Positions 1 through 11,429 are shown, counted from the first letter of the stretch. The stretch is DNA of 64,000 nt from Octopus sinensis (GCF_006345805.1 NC_042997.1:189534001-189598000); one strand, 5' to 3'. Program-made: numbers and translations. The notes: a model not told the origin generated them from the sequence alone.

Positions 1-269
1 TATTACAATGACAAAAGTCTAGAAACTATTCCCCGCTGCACAAGACTCTGGCTCAAAAGCCTTGAAATACAGCGGGGTGCAGGGATGCGAGTTCTCTTTC
101 CTGGGATGTGTTTGTGTCTGATATTGCTGAATACAATACATCTTTGCCATCTGTATTGTATCACATTTTGAAATCGTATTCTTGGGAGGTAATTATATCA
201 AGCAAAAAATACATTGACAAATCTTGCAACTAAAGGTGAAAATATGAATGTTATATCTAATAATACGAA

Positions 270-710
270 AGGCGTCGAACGGGCAGAATCGTTAGCACGC
301 CGGTCAAAATGCTTAGCAGCATTTTGTCCGTTTATACGTTCTGAATTCAAATTCCTCCGCGTTCGTCTTTGCTCCTCATCCTTTTCTGGGTCGATGAAAT
401 TAGTACTAGTTGAGTACTGGGATCGATGTACTCGACTAGCTCTCTCCCTCAAATTTCAGACCTTGTGCCGATAGTAGAAAGGATCATTAATAAGGCGGCA
501 AACTGGTAGTATTGTTAGGACGACAGGCAAAATGCTTAGCGGCATTTCTTCCGTCTTTACGTTCTGAATTCAAATCCCGCCGAGGTCGACTTTGTATTTC
601 ATTCTTTCGGGATCGATAAAATAAACAGCAGTTGAGCACTGAGATCGATGTAATCAATTAGCCCTTCCCACGAAATAACAAGTATTGAGCCAAAATTTGA
701 AACCAGTATT
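270..710 (+). mobile_element. Two adjacent old tRNA-SINE copies (family A, ggcggcgagctggcagaa...gttctgagttcaaattcc...gcctttcatcctttcggggtcgataaa)
   Basis: Diverged matches to the motif set repeated about 20 times in this window: B-box-like gttc(t)gaattcaaat and the ctttcatcctttcggggtcgat body. Confidence 0.8.
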
Positions 711-978
711 TTATAATACGATACAGACTTCACAAGAATATATTTTCTTTCTTGCGCATGTATAAAGCTATCATCAAGTCAATTCTGTACGTTCCAAAAT
801 ACTTTGAGATTTAGTTATTTTTGTTAACCCCTCTTCCATATCAATAAAAATGATCTTATATGACATCACAAGTTATATGTTACGAATTTTTAGGCAAACC
901 ATATTTTATATTTTATTCTTCTTTCACTTTAAGCATGTAGGTACAGTCTCTACACAAACTTCATATTACAGTTCCCAA

Positions 979-1374
979 GGCATCGAGCTGGCAGGATCGT
1001 TAGCACGCCGGGCGAAATGCGTAGCCGTATTTCGTCTGCCGTTACGTTCTGAGTTCAAATTCCGCCGAGGTCAATTTTGCCTTTCATCCTTTCGGGATCG
1101 ATTATATAAGTACCAGTTACTCACTGGGGTCGATATAATCGACTTAATCCGTTTGTCTGTCCTTGATTGTCTCCTTTGTGTGTAGCCTCTTGTAGGCAGT
1201 AAAGAAATAGGTATTTTGTTCGTCTTTACATTCTGAGTTTAAATTCCTCGGGGTCGACTTTGCCGTTCATCACTTTTGGGTCGATGAAATAAGTACCAGT
1301 GGCGTACTGGAGTGGATTTAAACGACTTAACCCCTCCCTCCAAACTGCTAGCCTTCTGCCAAAATTTGAAATCA
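979..1374 (+). mobile_element. Family A SINE dimer with 16-bp TSD
   Basis: Head at 979, monomer junction aaagaaataggtattt at about 1201-1216. Flanks atattacagttcccaa (963-978) and atatttcagttcccaa (1375-1390) differ by one base. Confidence 0.85.
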
Positions 1375-1821
1375 ATATTTCAGTTCCCAACTACACCATT
1401 ATTCCTTCGATTAATGAGGACTTTTGCAATATTCTGCTAGTTATGATACTAGAACTCCTATTCAACAGCCCCCTAATCAAACTACTAGATCTGACATAAA
1501 ACCAAACAATATGAGTGCTACTGTTAAACAACACAACTGAAATTGCTTACTTTGTATATTGTCTAAGGCTGGCTCATTTAGATTTAGATGTTCTTTCATG
1601 TAAGCCTCATATAACCAATATAGCAAAATTATAAATGGAAACGACTGGGTTTCTTTGAGATCTAAATAGAAAATACTTATAAGGAAGAAACACAATTTTC
1701 GATACATATATGGAATGTCAAATCGTATTCTTGGGAGATATGTATGTCTAACAAAAAATACATTGAGAAGCCCTGCTGCTGAAAGTGAAGATATGAATGT
1801 CGTATCTAATAATACCAAAAG

Positions 1822-2030
1822 TGGCGAGCTGGCAGAATCGTTGGCACCCCGAGCAAAACACTTAGTGACATTTCGTATGTCTACGTTCTTGGTTCAAATT
1901 CCGCTGATTTCGACATTGCCTTTCATTCTTTCGGGGTCGATGAAATAAGCACCAGTTGAGTACTGAGGTTGATGTAATCGACAAACCCCTCCCCCAATCT
2001 TCAGGTCTTGTCTCTATGAAATTATTATAA
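1822..2030 (+). mobile_element. Old family A SINE
   Basis: gtggcgagctggcagaatcgttggcacc head and cctttcattctttcggggtcgatgaaa body. Confidence 0.8.
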
Positions 2031-2128
2031 AGCTTTAATAGACGAAATCTCCATATAAGTTGCGTATTGATTCAATATCCGATCTCTTTAACTGAATTCA
2101 GAAAACTATCATTACATTTTTTCCTGAA

Positions 2129-2450
2129 GTTTCAGCTCAGAGCTGCGGCCATGCTGATGCACCGCCGTTTTGCTACACTGTTATTACTGAGAGCTTCCTC
2201 CAATATGTGGCACTTGGTGAAGAATGGAGTTTGATATGGCTACCCTCATTTGCACCTCTTGTCGTGATGTAGGTTCAGCTGGGACGCTCGGCAGGAAGAG
2301 GTCCAGCTTTGATTTAAAAACCCCTACATCTACTTTGTGCAAGTTCCTCAGACTCTTTGGGAGAATATTAAAAAAAACTGTGGCCCCTTGAAATCCAGGC
2401 TGTTGCAGTAACTGGTCCTGAAGCGCGATGGCGTTGCTGGAATGTTAGCG
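2129..2450 (-). mobile_element. 3' fragment of CR1-type LINE (ORF2 C-terminus plus tail)
   Basis: Minus translation TPSRFRTSYCNSLDFKGPQ/FNILPKSLRNLHKVDVGVFKSKLDLFLPSVPAEPTSRQEVQMRVAISNSILHQ...SQ* (stop 2184-2186, frameshift in a T8 run). FKxKLD...VP.EP is typical of CR1-like ORF2 ends. Confidence 0.7.
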
Positions 2451-2454
2451 TGTG

Positions 2455-2577
2455 TATATAAGAATTTTTTGCGTAATAAGATAAAATAACCAAGGCCGTA
2501 TAGATATTAGAGCATTTATAAATGCTCTAATATCTATACAGCCTTGTTTCTTTTTATCTTATTACGCAAAAAATTCT

Positions 2578-2584
<7 letters not shown>
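2455..2584. mobile_element. TA-flanked loop-less palindrome (MITE-like)
   Basis: Centre agcattta|taaatgct at 2518/2519. Arms of about 64 bp with a few mismatches and one indel. Confidence 0.8.
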
Positions 2585-2615
<31 letters not shown>

Positions 2616-4072
2616 AGGAAGGAGTATAATATAATATTAAATAAAATAAAATATTAGACGACATAGCAGTATGCATTGCCATAAACAGTGAGAATATGTA
2701 AAGCTTAGTTTTATAGCCGCAAGTATCGTTTGTCATTTGCTGTTGTGCATTATCTTCTATAACGAATTACCAAACAAATGCACGAAACCATCAAAATTGA
2801 TGCAAGATTTGGATAACCAAGTTCGTAAATGAGAAGAATGACTTGTACTCGGTTCAAAATAGCATGATGTGTATATTTTCTACGAATCCATACAATATAA
2901 AATCTTGGTTTTTGGCAACTGATGAAGTTTGAAAAATCAATGCACACACAGTATACCTGCAAAGTATTGGAGAAAGTTAATAGTTCTTGCACTGGAAATG
3001 TTAACATTCCGGGTGTCTGGAAAATAAAAATGCAGTTCATTAGTTGCAATAACTTTTTCCATCAACATAAATATGAAGGAAAAAATGTGTATAGAACAGC
3101 CAGTTTTTATTATAAGTTGAGAATACTAAGATTGCAGATAAATATAGCATAATTTAGCTTTTTTGCGATAATTTTTGAGAGGTACAATTAAAGATTTTGT
3201 TTTGTAAACTAGAACAACGTTTGAAGAAATGTTTATGTTTACGAGTGATTTTTATTATTACGCAATATATTGACAGGAAAAAATGTCAAAAATGTTGGGT
3301 TGAACAGCAATGGATTACAGATAATTTTTTAACTAATAAATTAAATTTTGTTGTTCTTACACCAATATTCTTCATTGGCAAAAGATGTTATATCTGACTT
3401 CAAAGATAGGTTTTATGAATTTGGTTTGTTAGCATAGGTGGCCTACTAATGTAACATATTAAATATTAATTTGCAAGGCAGACACTTAAATATTTAAAAA
3501 ATTCGTTGCAAAGTAAAAACAATATATATATTTAAAATCACTGTAAGAAACCAACAGATCCTAAGAGGAAATTGTAAGTTCTTTAAATCATCTACGTTTT
3601 AAGAAAATTTGTTCTGAAATATACCTGCATCAATTCAAGACCTTTTTTGGGGTTTAATAAAAGATTTAAAAGACTATTTTCTCTCCAATCCACACCAACA
3701 AAATGTGAATTAGAGATTTATTCAGTGTAGTAACAGAAAATGAAAAAGTAATCATACAGCCAAATGTGCTCGAAGTGGATCCATTAATTGAACTTCTATA
3801 TGAAACTGCCCCCCCCCAAAAAAAAATTGAGAATGCTGATTAAGTTAAGAAGCAAATGTAAAATGATATGAGAATGTAGTCAGATCATTAATATATTCTG
3901 TTACAGCATTTATATCAACTGGTCTGGCTATTGATGGTAATTAGTGTAAACTGAACAGAAATTTTCAGTGAGTAGAGCAGAGTATTCGATTTCAGTTTTT
4001 GTTTGAAGTTACATCCTATGCCTCCTCAGAAACCATGAATGTTATAACTCCTTCAGAAAGTTTCTAGTTTTA

Positions 4073-4295
4073 AGGCGGCCAGCTGACAGAATCATTAGCA
4101 CGCTGGGCAAAATGCTTAGCGGCATTTCGTCCGGTTTTACAGTCTGAGTTCAAATCTTGCCGAGGTCGACTTTGCTTTGCTTTTCAACATTTCGGGGGTC
4201 GATAAAATAAGTACCAGTTGAACATTAGGGTCGATGTAATCGACTTAATCCCTCTCCCGAAATTGCTGGCTTTGTGCAAAAATTTGAAATCAATA
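4073..4295 (+). mobile_element. Family A SINE
   Basis: aggcggccagctgacagaatcattagcacgctgggc head and ccgaggtcgactttgc body. Confidence 0.85.
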
Positions 4296-4837
4296 TAATT
4301 CCTTGTTTTCCCGCTTACAAATTCCTCCCTTATCAACATACATTTTGGAAGTATAAATAATATAAAAGCAATTGAAAATATTGTCATGAATTGTCGTATA
4401 GCCCATATCAATCCCAGACAATCAGACTTCCATTTTCATAGCTGAATTTAAAGGTGAATAAATGGCATATAGGGCAAAATTGATAGTTGTAATTTGAACG
4501 CAAGTGCGACTGTTAGGATATAATATAGTAGTTGCTTGAAAAGAGTGTACAATCTTGTACGAACAAATGAAACTTGATATGCAATTAATGAACACTGTTT
4601 TTATTCATTCTGCATGTTGGAGAAGAAGCAAACCTGCGGAGAAGGTACGACATCAGATTAAACGTTGTGTGTATGTGTGAGCTTATTGTAAATAGCAATC
4701 TGTCTTAATGTACTGTTACGTGATTTATTATTTTGGGCCAGAATCTTTAACACACCAAGCAAAATGCTTAGCGGCATTTTCTCCATCTTTAGGTTCTGAG
4801 TTCAAATTCCAACGAGGTCGACTTTACAGTTCTATAT

Positions 4838-5061
4838 TTAAGAGTTGAGGAATTATGTACATTATTTACATTATTTACATTCGACGGATATTTGTCTTCC
4901 AGCCTTCTTCAGGTGTCTTGGGGAAATTTCCAACCTGGGTTCTCATTCCTAAGGTATTTAACCACTACGCCATATGCCCACGGATATATATGGCATAGTG
5001 GTTAAGAGCGCGGGCTACTAACCCCAAGATTCCGAGTTCGATTCCAAGCAGGGACCTGATC

Positions 5062-5098
<37 letters not shown>

Positions 5099-5200
5099 TC
5101 AAAAAAATACCTTACGAATGAGAATCCAGGTTCGAAATTTCCCCAAGACACCCGAAGAAGGTTGGAGGGTATATCAAATATCCGTCGAATGTAAATAATG
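4838..5200. mobile_element. Head-to-head inverted pair of a tRNA-headed element with a Penelope-like 3' part
   Basis: A box tggcatagtgg (4991-5001), B box gttcgattcc (5036-5045), an (AAT)n tract, then aataccttacgaatgagaatccaggttcgaaatttccccaagacac. Positions 4838-4975 are the reverse complement with an internal deletion. Confidence 0.75.
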
Positions 5201-5669
5201 AAGTCGACTTTGCCTTTCATACTTTCGGGGTGGATAAAATAAATACCAGTTGAGCACTAGAGAAGATGTAATCGACTTACCCGCTGCCCCTTACTTGCTG
5301 ACCTTGTACTAAAATTTGAAATCACTTTTCTGGGCTAGTGATCAAGTATCTTCTTTCGCTTCCCCCCATTCTAAGTTTACATTATGCCGAGATTGACTTT
5401 GCCTTATATTCTTTCAAAGCAGCAGTTATGTTATGTTATGTTGTTGTTGCTCTAATCATTGTTATAGTTATTGTCTAGTTTCATAAAAGGCCTTGATAGA
5501 AGATCACTGTGAGGAAAAGTATTTCAGCCTATACCATCCGATGTTTTTATATATCAAAGTCTACACTATCCAGGGCATCCACCTTGTCTTAAGAAGGTAT
5601 GACATGATTTAACAAAGATTCAGCTTCTCTTTTGGAAAGTTGAATAACCGAGTGGAGATTCCTTCGAAT

Positions 5670-5851
5670 ATTTCGGATTAAGTCGATTATATATCGACTC
5701 CCAGTGCGTAACTGGTACTTATTTAATCGACCCCGAAAGGATGAAAGGCAAAGTCGACCTCGGCGGAATTTGAACTCAGAACGTAGCAGCAGACGAAATA
5801 CTACTAAGCATTTCGCCCGGCGTGCCACCGTTTCTGCCAGCTCACCGCCTT
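5670..5851 (-). mobile_element. Family A SINE
   Basis: Reverse complement of the family A consensus; head ends at ...ctgccagctcaccgcct. Confidence 0.9.
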
Positions 5852-6054
5852 CTGGCCCAAAATATTAAATCACGTGATACTACATTTAGACAGATTGCTA
5901 TTTACAATAAGCACACACATACACGCAACATTATTATTTCTGTTCAGTAATTGTTATTAGCTTATATTCCTCGTCGATTGGTTTGTAACCGTGTGCCAAC
6001 TATTGCGTCGTGTAAAAACTACTGCGCCGAGAAAATATAAAGAGAATGACAAGA

Positions 6055-6305
6055 AAAATAGATCGATCGATCGATAGATAGATAGATATATTAAAAGACA
6101 AAAGTGATTTGTCGGGTAGAGAATTTGAGAAGCATAGAAAAGGAAAGGAAGTGATAGATAGATAAAAAGATAGACAGATAGACAAATAGTCAGACTGATA
6201 GATAGACAGACAAATAGACAGACTGATAGACAAATAGATATATAGACTGACAGGTAGATAGGTAGATAAATAGACTGACAGGTAGACAGGTAGATAGATA
6301 GATAA
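6055..6305. repeat. (ATAG)n/(ACAG)n compound microsatellite
   Basis: Directly visible; it explains ORFs 5957-6310 and 6000-6317. Confidence 0.95.
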
Positions 6306-6563
6306 GTCATTTGTCAAGAATAGAATCAGAAAAAAGGAAAGGGATAGGGAAAGAGAGGTTGTACGTATCTACTGTTCTGATAATAATGTTTACATGTGGA
6401 AAAAAAAACTAAACTGTTTGAAGAATATTCTGTGGTTCTTGGATGCGAAACGAACTTTATGAACAATGCATATATGAATACTAAAGAATAGCGTATTTAT
6501 GTATATTGGTTCTGTGAGCACCCGGAATTTGTATATGTGCATAGATGTAAACATTTATGATTC

Positions 6564-6596
<33 letters not shown>

Positions 6597-7051
6597 ATCT
6601 ATCTATCTATCTATATAACAGGTTACCGTGGTCTTTTTCGTAGGCTTTTCTTCCCACGGATAAACCTTATCTGCTTCCCCCCTTACACTGTACATCATGA
6701 CACTGTGATACACGATCCCTATTGATCGTTTTTTTCCTCTTCCCCTTTTTTCCGCTTTTTTCTTTTCTTTTGTTTCTTTTCCTTTTTTTCTTTTCCTATT
6801 TTTCTTTTTTTCTTTTTCCCTTTTACGATCCCTTTTGATCGAAAACCTACGCCACTTTTTTTTTCATCCCCCAAAAGAAAAGCTCTACCTTGTAATTTGT
6901 CCCATCTGTGTGCAGCCCTGTGTGGCCAATAAAGAAACTTATCTAGCTGTACGTTGTGCATGTATGTATGGATGGGTGTATGTGTGTGTGTGTAAGCATG
7001 TGTCCGACAATTACACGATTAAACAATCAAGGGTAGTGGTCAAATTGTTAG

Positions 7052-7110
7052 CTTTCTTTACGAAAAACATCATAATGGCCTGTCGAAGCAATGGCTTGAA
7101 AACTTAGAAG
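7052..7110 (+). CDS. Weak candidate exon (FLYEKHHNGLSKQWLENLE)
   Basis: AG at 7050-7051 and donor GAAG|gtacga. The 59 nt are open and phase-compatible with the acceptor at 7420. No homology recognised; the polypyrimidine tract is poor. Confidence 0.2.
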
Positions 7111-7420
7111 GTACGAATGTAATAGGTGAATCTATTAAAATAAAGGCGGGGAAGTCTGTAAAAAATATTTGAGCACCACTAATAGTAACGGAAATGGTTG
7201 GTTTACATTTTCGAATGCATTTCCCCCTTACTTTTCATTTTGGTTAAATGCTTGAAATTTCATTTTATTTAGGATTTCTGGTGGATTATGTTTTCATGTA
7301 GCTAATAACAATTACTGTAATTATCTTCCGAGCTTTGAGAAAGATTTCTGAATAAATCTCTTGTATGTCATCTCGTACATTATGTAAATTTTATATCATA
7401 GCTTCTTTATTAATTTCTAG

Positions 7421-7497
7421 GTTTGCTTCGAGTCGTCGCTGGTTTGCCGAAGAGATTAGGAGAAAACAAGAACCACAACAAGAACAACAAAAAATAA
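7421..7497 (+). CDS. Weak candidate terminal exon
   Basis: Good acceptor gcttctttattaatttctag|G. Two frames are open (GLLRVVAGLPKRLGENK...* or FASSRRWFAEEIRRKQEPQQEQQK...*), so the frame is ambiguous. Confidence 0.2.
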
Positions 7498-7737
7498 GAA
7501 CAAGAAGCAGTATTGTGAAGTTGTTATGATGCTTGTTTAGTTGTTTGTGACGATAAAAAGTAAGGCAAAACCGCTGTTAAGTCCAGATTATTTAGATTTA
7601 AAGCCTGATTCCAGGTCAATCCCAAGAAAAGTTTTAAAATATGCTAAATAGTTTCCTTGCTTTAGTAATTCTTTGTTTTATTATATTTTATTATTCATTT
7701 TGCGTAATCTCTCTCTCGCCCTTCCTGTCCCCTTCTT

Positions 7738-8244
7738 CTCTTCTTCTCTTCTTCTTCTTCTTCTTCTTCTTCTTCTTCTTCTTCTTCTTCTTCTTCTTCT
7801 TCTTCTTCTTCTTCTTCACTCCCCCCTCTTCTTCTCTCCCCTCTCTCCCACTTTCTTCACATTGAAATATCTCAAATAACATACTTCCGGCTCCGATCTC
7901 TTCTGGAATATCCAATTTAATTTCATAATCTTCGTTTTCTGTTTTTCCCTCTCAAATCCGTTCCGTTTCTTCTTCTTTTTCTTATTTCAATTCATCTTCA
8001 TTTTTCATTCTGTTTTAATTTATCTTCTTTTATACGTTTTCTCTGATGCTTCTCCTAATTCCTTTCTTTCTTTCTTTCTTTCGTTCTTTCTTTCTTTCTT
8101 TCTTTCTTTCTTCTTCCTTTTGTTTGTTTGTTTGTTTGTTTGTTTGTTTGTTTCTTTCTTTCTTTCTTTCTTTCTTTCTCTCTTTCTTTCTTTCTTCTTC
8201 CTTTTGTTTGTTTGTTTGTTTCTTTATTTCTTTCTTTCCTCCCT

Positions 8245-8281
<37 letters not shown>

Positions 8282-8470
8282 TTCCTTTTGTTTGTTTGTT
8301 TGTTTCTTTCTTTCTTCTTCCTTTTGCTTGGTTGTTTGTTTCTTTCCTTCTTTCTTTGTTTCTCCCTATCTCTCTGTCTCTGTCTCCCCGTCTCTGTCTG
8401 TTTGTCTGTCTGTCTGTCTACCCTCCTCCCTTTCGCTCCCTCCCCTCCCTCATCTCTCTCTCTCTCTGAT
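7738..8470. repeat. (TCT)n tract and (TTTC)n/(GTTT)n/(CT)n compound microsatellite
   Basis: Directly visible; it explains the poly-F, poly-L and poly-K ORFs. Confidence 0.95.
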
Positions 8471-8778
8471 TTCGCATTTCTCACATTTTCATCTTTGATT
8501 TACATTTTACTATTTTCCCCATCATAAGATTTTTTTCTTCTTTCCTTGAGTTGTTTTCTTTCAATCTCTTTCTCTCTTTTCACTTCCATTCTCTTACAAT
8601 CTTTTAGAGATTTTTTTTCTCTTTTTTCCTCTTTCCCATCTTTTTCTCCTTCAATCTACACAACTTTTGTCGCTACTGCTAATTTTTTTCTTTCTAAGTT
8701 TCCATTCCTACTGCCTCAGTTTCTTTACACACCGTTATCACGTCGGCTACAATATTTCCATAAGAGGACTTAGTCACC

Positions 8779-9168
8779 GATGACGTCATCTTGGCATTTG
8801 GCCAATCACTAAACATATAACAGGTTCTGACAGTGCACATCAGCGCAAGAATTCTGAACGCGAAATAAATTAAAACTGTCATTTTCTTTTTTTTATTTAA
8901 CAAATTTATTTGTTTGTAAATAGGATTATCTGCCGTAGATATTGTCGGCTTATGAACATATCTATAACTGTTTGAATGATTAACACCGACAAGGGATATA
9001 TTCTGATGAAATTCCACGAAAAAAACCCAAAAAACTAATTGAAATAAATGCCTCATTAAAAAAAAATCGCCAATAAATAAATATCAAGACACAGAAAGAC
9101 TCACCATCGTCTGCTGGGTCAATATGACCTAGCTAATGGCAGTTTACGTCACATGGACGTCAGCCAAT
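8779..9168. promoter_or_regulatory. CRE/ATF plus CCAAT cluster (putative promoter or enhancer)
   Basis: Perfect gaTGACGTCAtc palindrome (8779-8790) with CCAAT at 8802. TTACGTCA (9144-9151), GGACGTCA (9155-9162) and cagCCAATga (9161-9170). Minus-strand ATG|gtgagt at 9107-9099. Confidence 0.4.
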
Positions 9169-9899
9169 GACTGAATAGACCATCGAAGTTTGCTAGATAT
9201 CTATCTAAATATCAGCCATTTATTTTCGATTGAGCGGTCAGCATAGCAAACGATAAATCTACTAAAACAAAAACAGAAAGTAGAATAAAAAAAATCTAAA
9301 CAAAAACAGAAAGTAGAATAAAAAAAATCTAAACAAAAAAAAAAGAAATTAAACGAGAATTGAAACGAACTGCGCAATATTACCGTATAAACAACTAATA
9401 TTGATAAGTTGATAACTAACACTCCTGTTAAAAGCCCATAACGTTTGTTTATTTATTGTTTGTTTTTTTTCCTTTTCATTTTCTAATTTCAGTATATTAC
9501 TGATCTATTAGTTGTCTATTAACTTAGTGAAAGAAAGAAAGGATGGAGGTGGCGGGGGTGGGTGGTGTGGTGGGAAGAGAAATAATAAAAAAAAAACGTA
9601 AGTGAACAAGCTGAACGATTTTTAACTGGTAACCTTTCCTGACGTCTTATTCTAAGTACGAAGCCAAATCCGAGAAAACTAATTGGATTGTTTCAAAGAA
9701 ATATATTTCCCCTATCTTTTAGCTTCCTTTTTTATTCATATCCCATTAGTACGTGGATGAATAATAGTCTGTGATTCTTTGCTTTCATCAGGTATAGAAA
9801 GAGGAATCTTCTGAAGACATATTTCAAAAGCCTCATTCAATCTTCCACTCAATATAATTTGTTTATTCAAACTAAAATTCTTTTTACTAATTCACATAG

Positions 9900-9959
9900 G
9901 CACTCTGGTCTCTCGTAGTCTACTGTCCTATCATGCGTGTTAATAAACGTCCAGTGGAG
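9900..9959 (+). CDS. Weak candidate 60-nt exon (ALWSLVVYCPIMRVNKRPVE)
   Basis: Branch-like ctaat, pyrimidine tract and catag|G acceptor, donor GAG|gtacca, open in phase 0. No recognised homology. Confidence 0.2.
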
Positions 9960-10267
9960 GTACCACATTTATTAGAAGGTTTATAATGCCTATTACCTCG
10001 AACCAATCTTTACTAACAAGCATGATATGCTAGAAGATATTATACACCCATTTATGTTTGGGGGCATATGCCATCCCCCTTGACCGCTTGCTATATGCCT
10101 CTGAGGACTATCTCGTTCAAGCTGTCTATCTGTTTGTCACTAACTCATTTACTTAATTAATAACTTAATCACTTAATCGTTCATATAATCAATTATTAAC
10201 TTAGTGATATTACACTGCTGACGTACCGGGGTGAAATAAAGGCATCGTATATTAATAGTAAAGTAAT

Positions 10268-10482
10268 AATGATTTCTAACTTTGGCTCAAAGCCAGCAAT
10301 TTCGAGGGAGGAGATAAGTCGATTACGTCGGCTCCAGTCCAGTGTTTAGCTGGTACTTATTTTATCGACAGTGAAAGGATAGAAAACAAAGTCGACCTCG
10401 GTGGAATTTGAACTCAGAACGTAGAGACAGACGAAACGTTATAAAAACATCTTACCCAGCGCAGTAACGATTCTGCCAGCTC

Positions 10483-10556
<74 letters not shown>

Positions 10557-10772
10557 TAATAATTATAATGGTTTCAAATTTTGCCACAAGGGCAGCAATT
10601 TTGGGGGAGGGGATGAATCGATTATATCGACTCCAGTGTTCAACTGGTACTTATTTTATCGACCCCGAAAGGATGAAAGGCAAAGTCGATTTGAACTCAG
10701 AACTTGAACACGGATGAAATGTCGCTAGGCATTTTGCCTGGCGTGCTAACTACTCTGCCGGCTCATCGCCTT
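10268..10772 (-). mobile_element. Two family A SINEs separated by an (AAT)n tract
   Basis: Reverse-complement matches at 10268-10483 and 10570-10772, with (AAT)n at 10484-10568. Confidence 0.85.
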
Positions 10773-10902
10773 AACAATAATAATAATTATTATTTTTATT
10801 ATCAGACTAGTAGTCATGATGGCTATACTGGGCTTCGTATATTTTATCCCAGTGTCACTTTGATGTCATGCACTGCTCTCTCACTTATTAATAATGATGA
10901 TA

Positions 10903-10971
<69 letters not shown>

Positions 10972-11235
10972 GGTGCGCTACGCATGCGAGACTCCAGGTG
11001 TTCCTACAAAACCTGTGATAAAAAGAAGTAATAATAATAACCCAGACAGACGATTAAAAAATCAACTTCGATTATTAATTTTGGTCAAAAAACGTAAGAG
11101 AAATAATTAACACGCGCTGCGAAAATGAGTCTGATATTTGAAAGTATTATGACCATGCAAGGCATGTTTCGGTTTTATTAGACATTCTAAGTAAAGTATA
11201 TTGGCACTAGTATTTACCAGAGCTTATGTATATAT

Positions 11236-11397
11236 AGGCGCAGGAGTGGTTCTGTAGTTAGTAGCTTGCTTACCAGCCACATGGCTCCGGGTTCAGTTCC
11301 ACTGCATGGCACCTTGGGCAAGTGTCTTCCACTATAGCCTCGGCCCGACCAAAGCTGTGTGAATGGATTTAGAAGACAGAAACTACCTACCAAATCG

Positions 11398-11429
<32 letters not shown>

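Noticed and set aside
9003-9025. CTGATGA...GAAA match (also 2920-2935 and 54284)
   Set aside because: No stem II or stem I pairing, so these are chance core matches.
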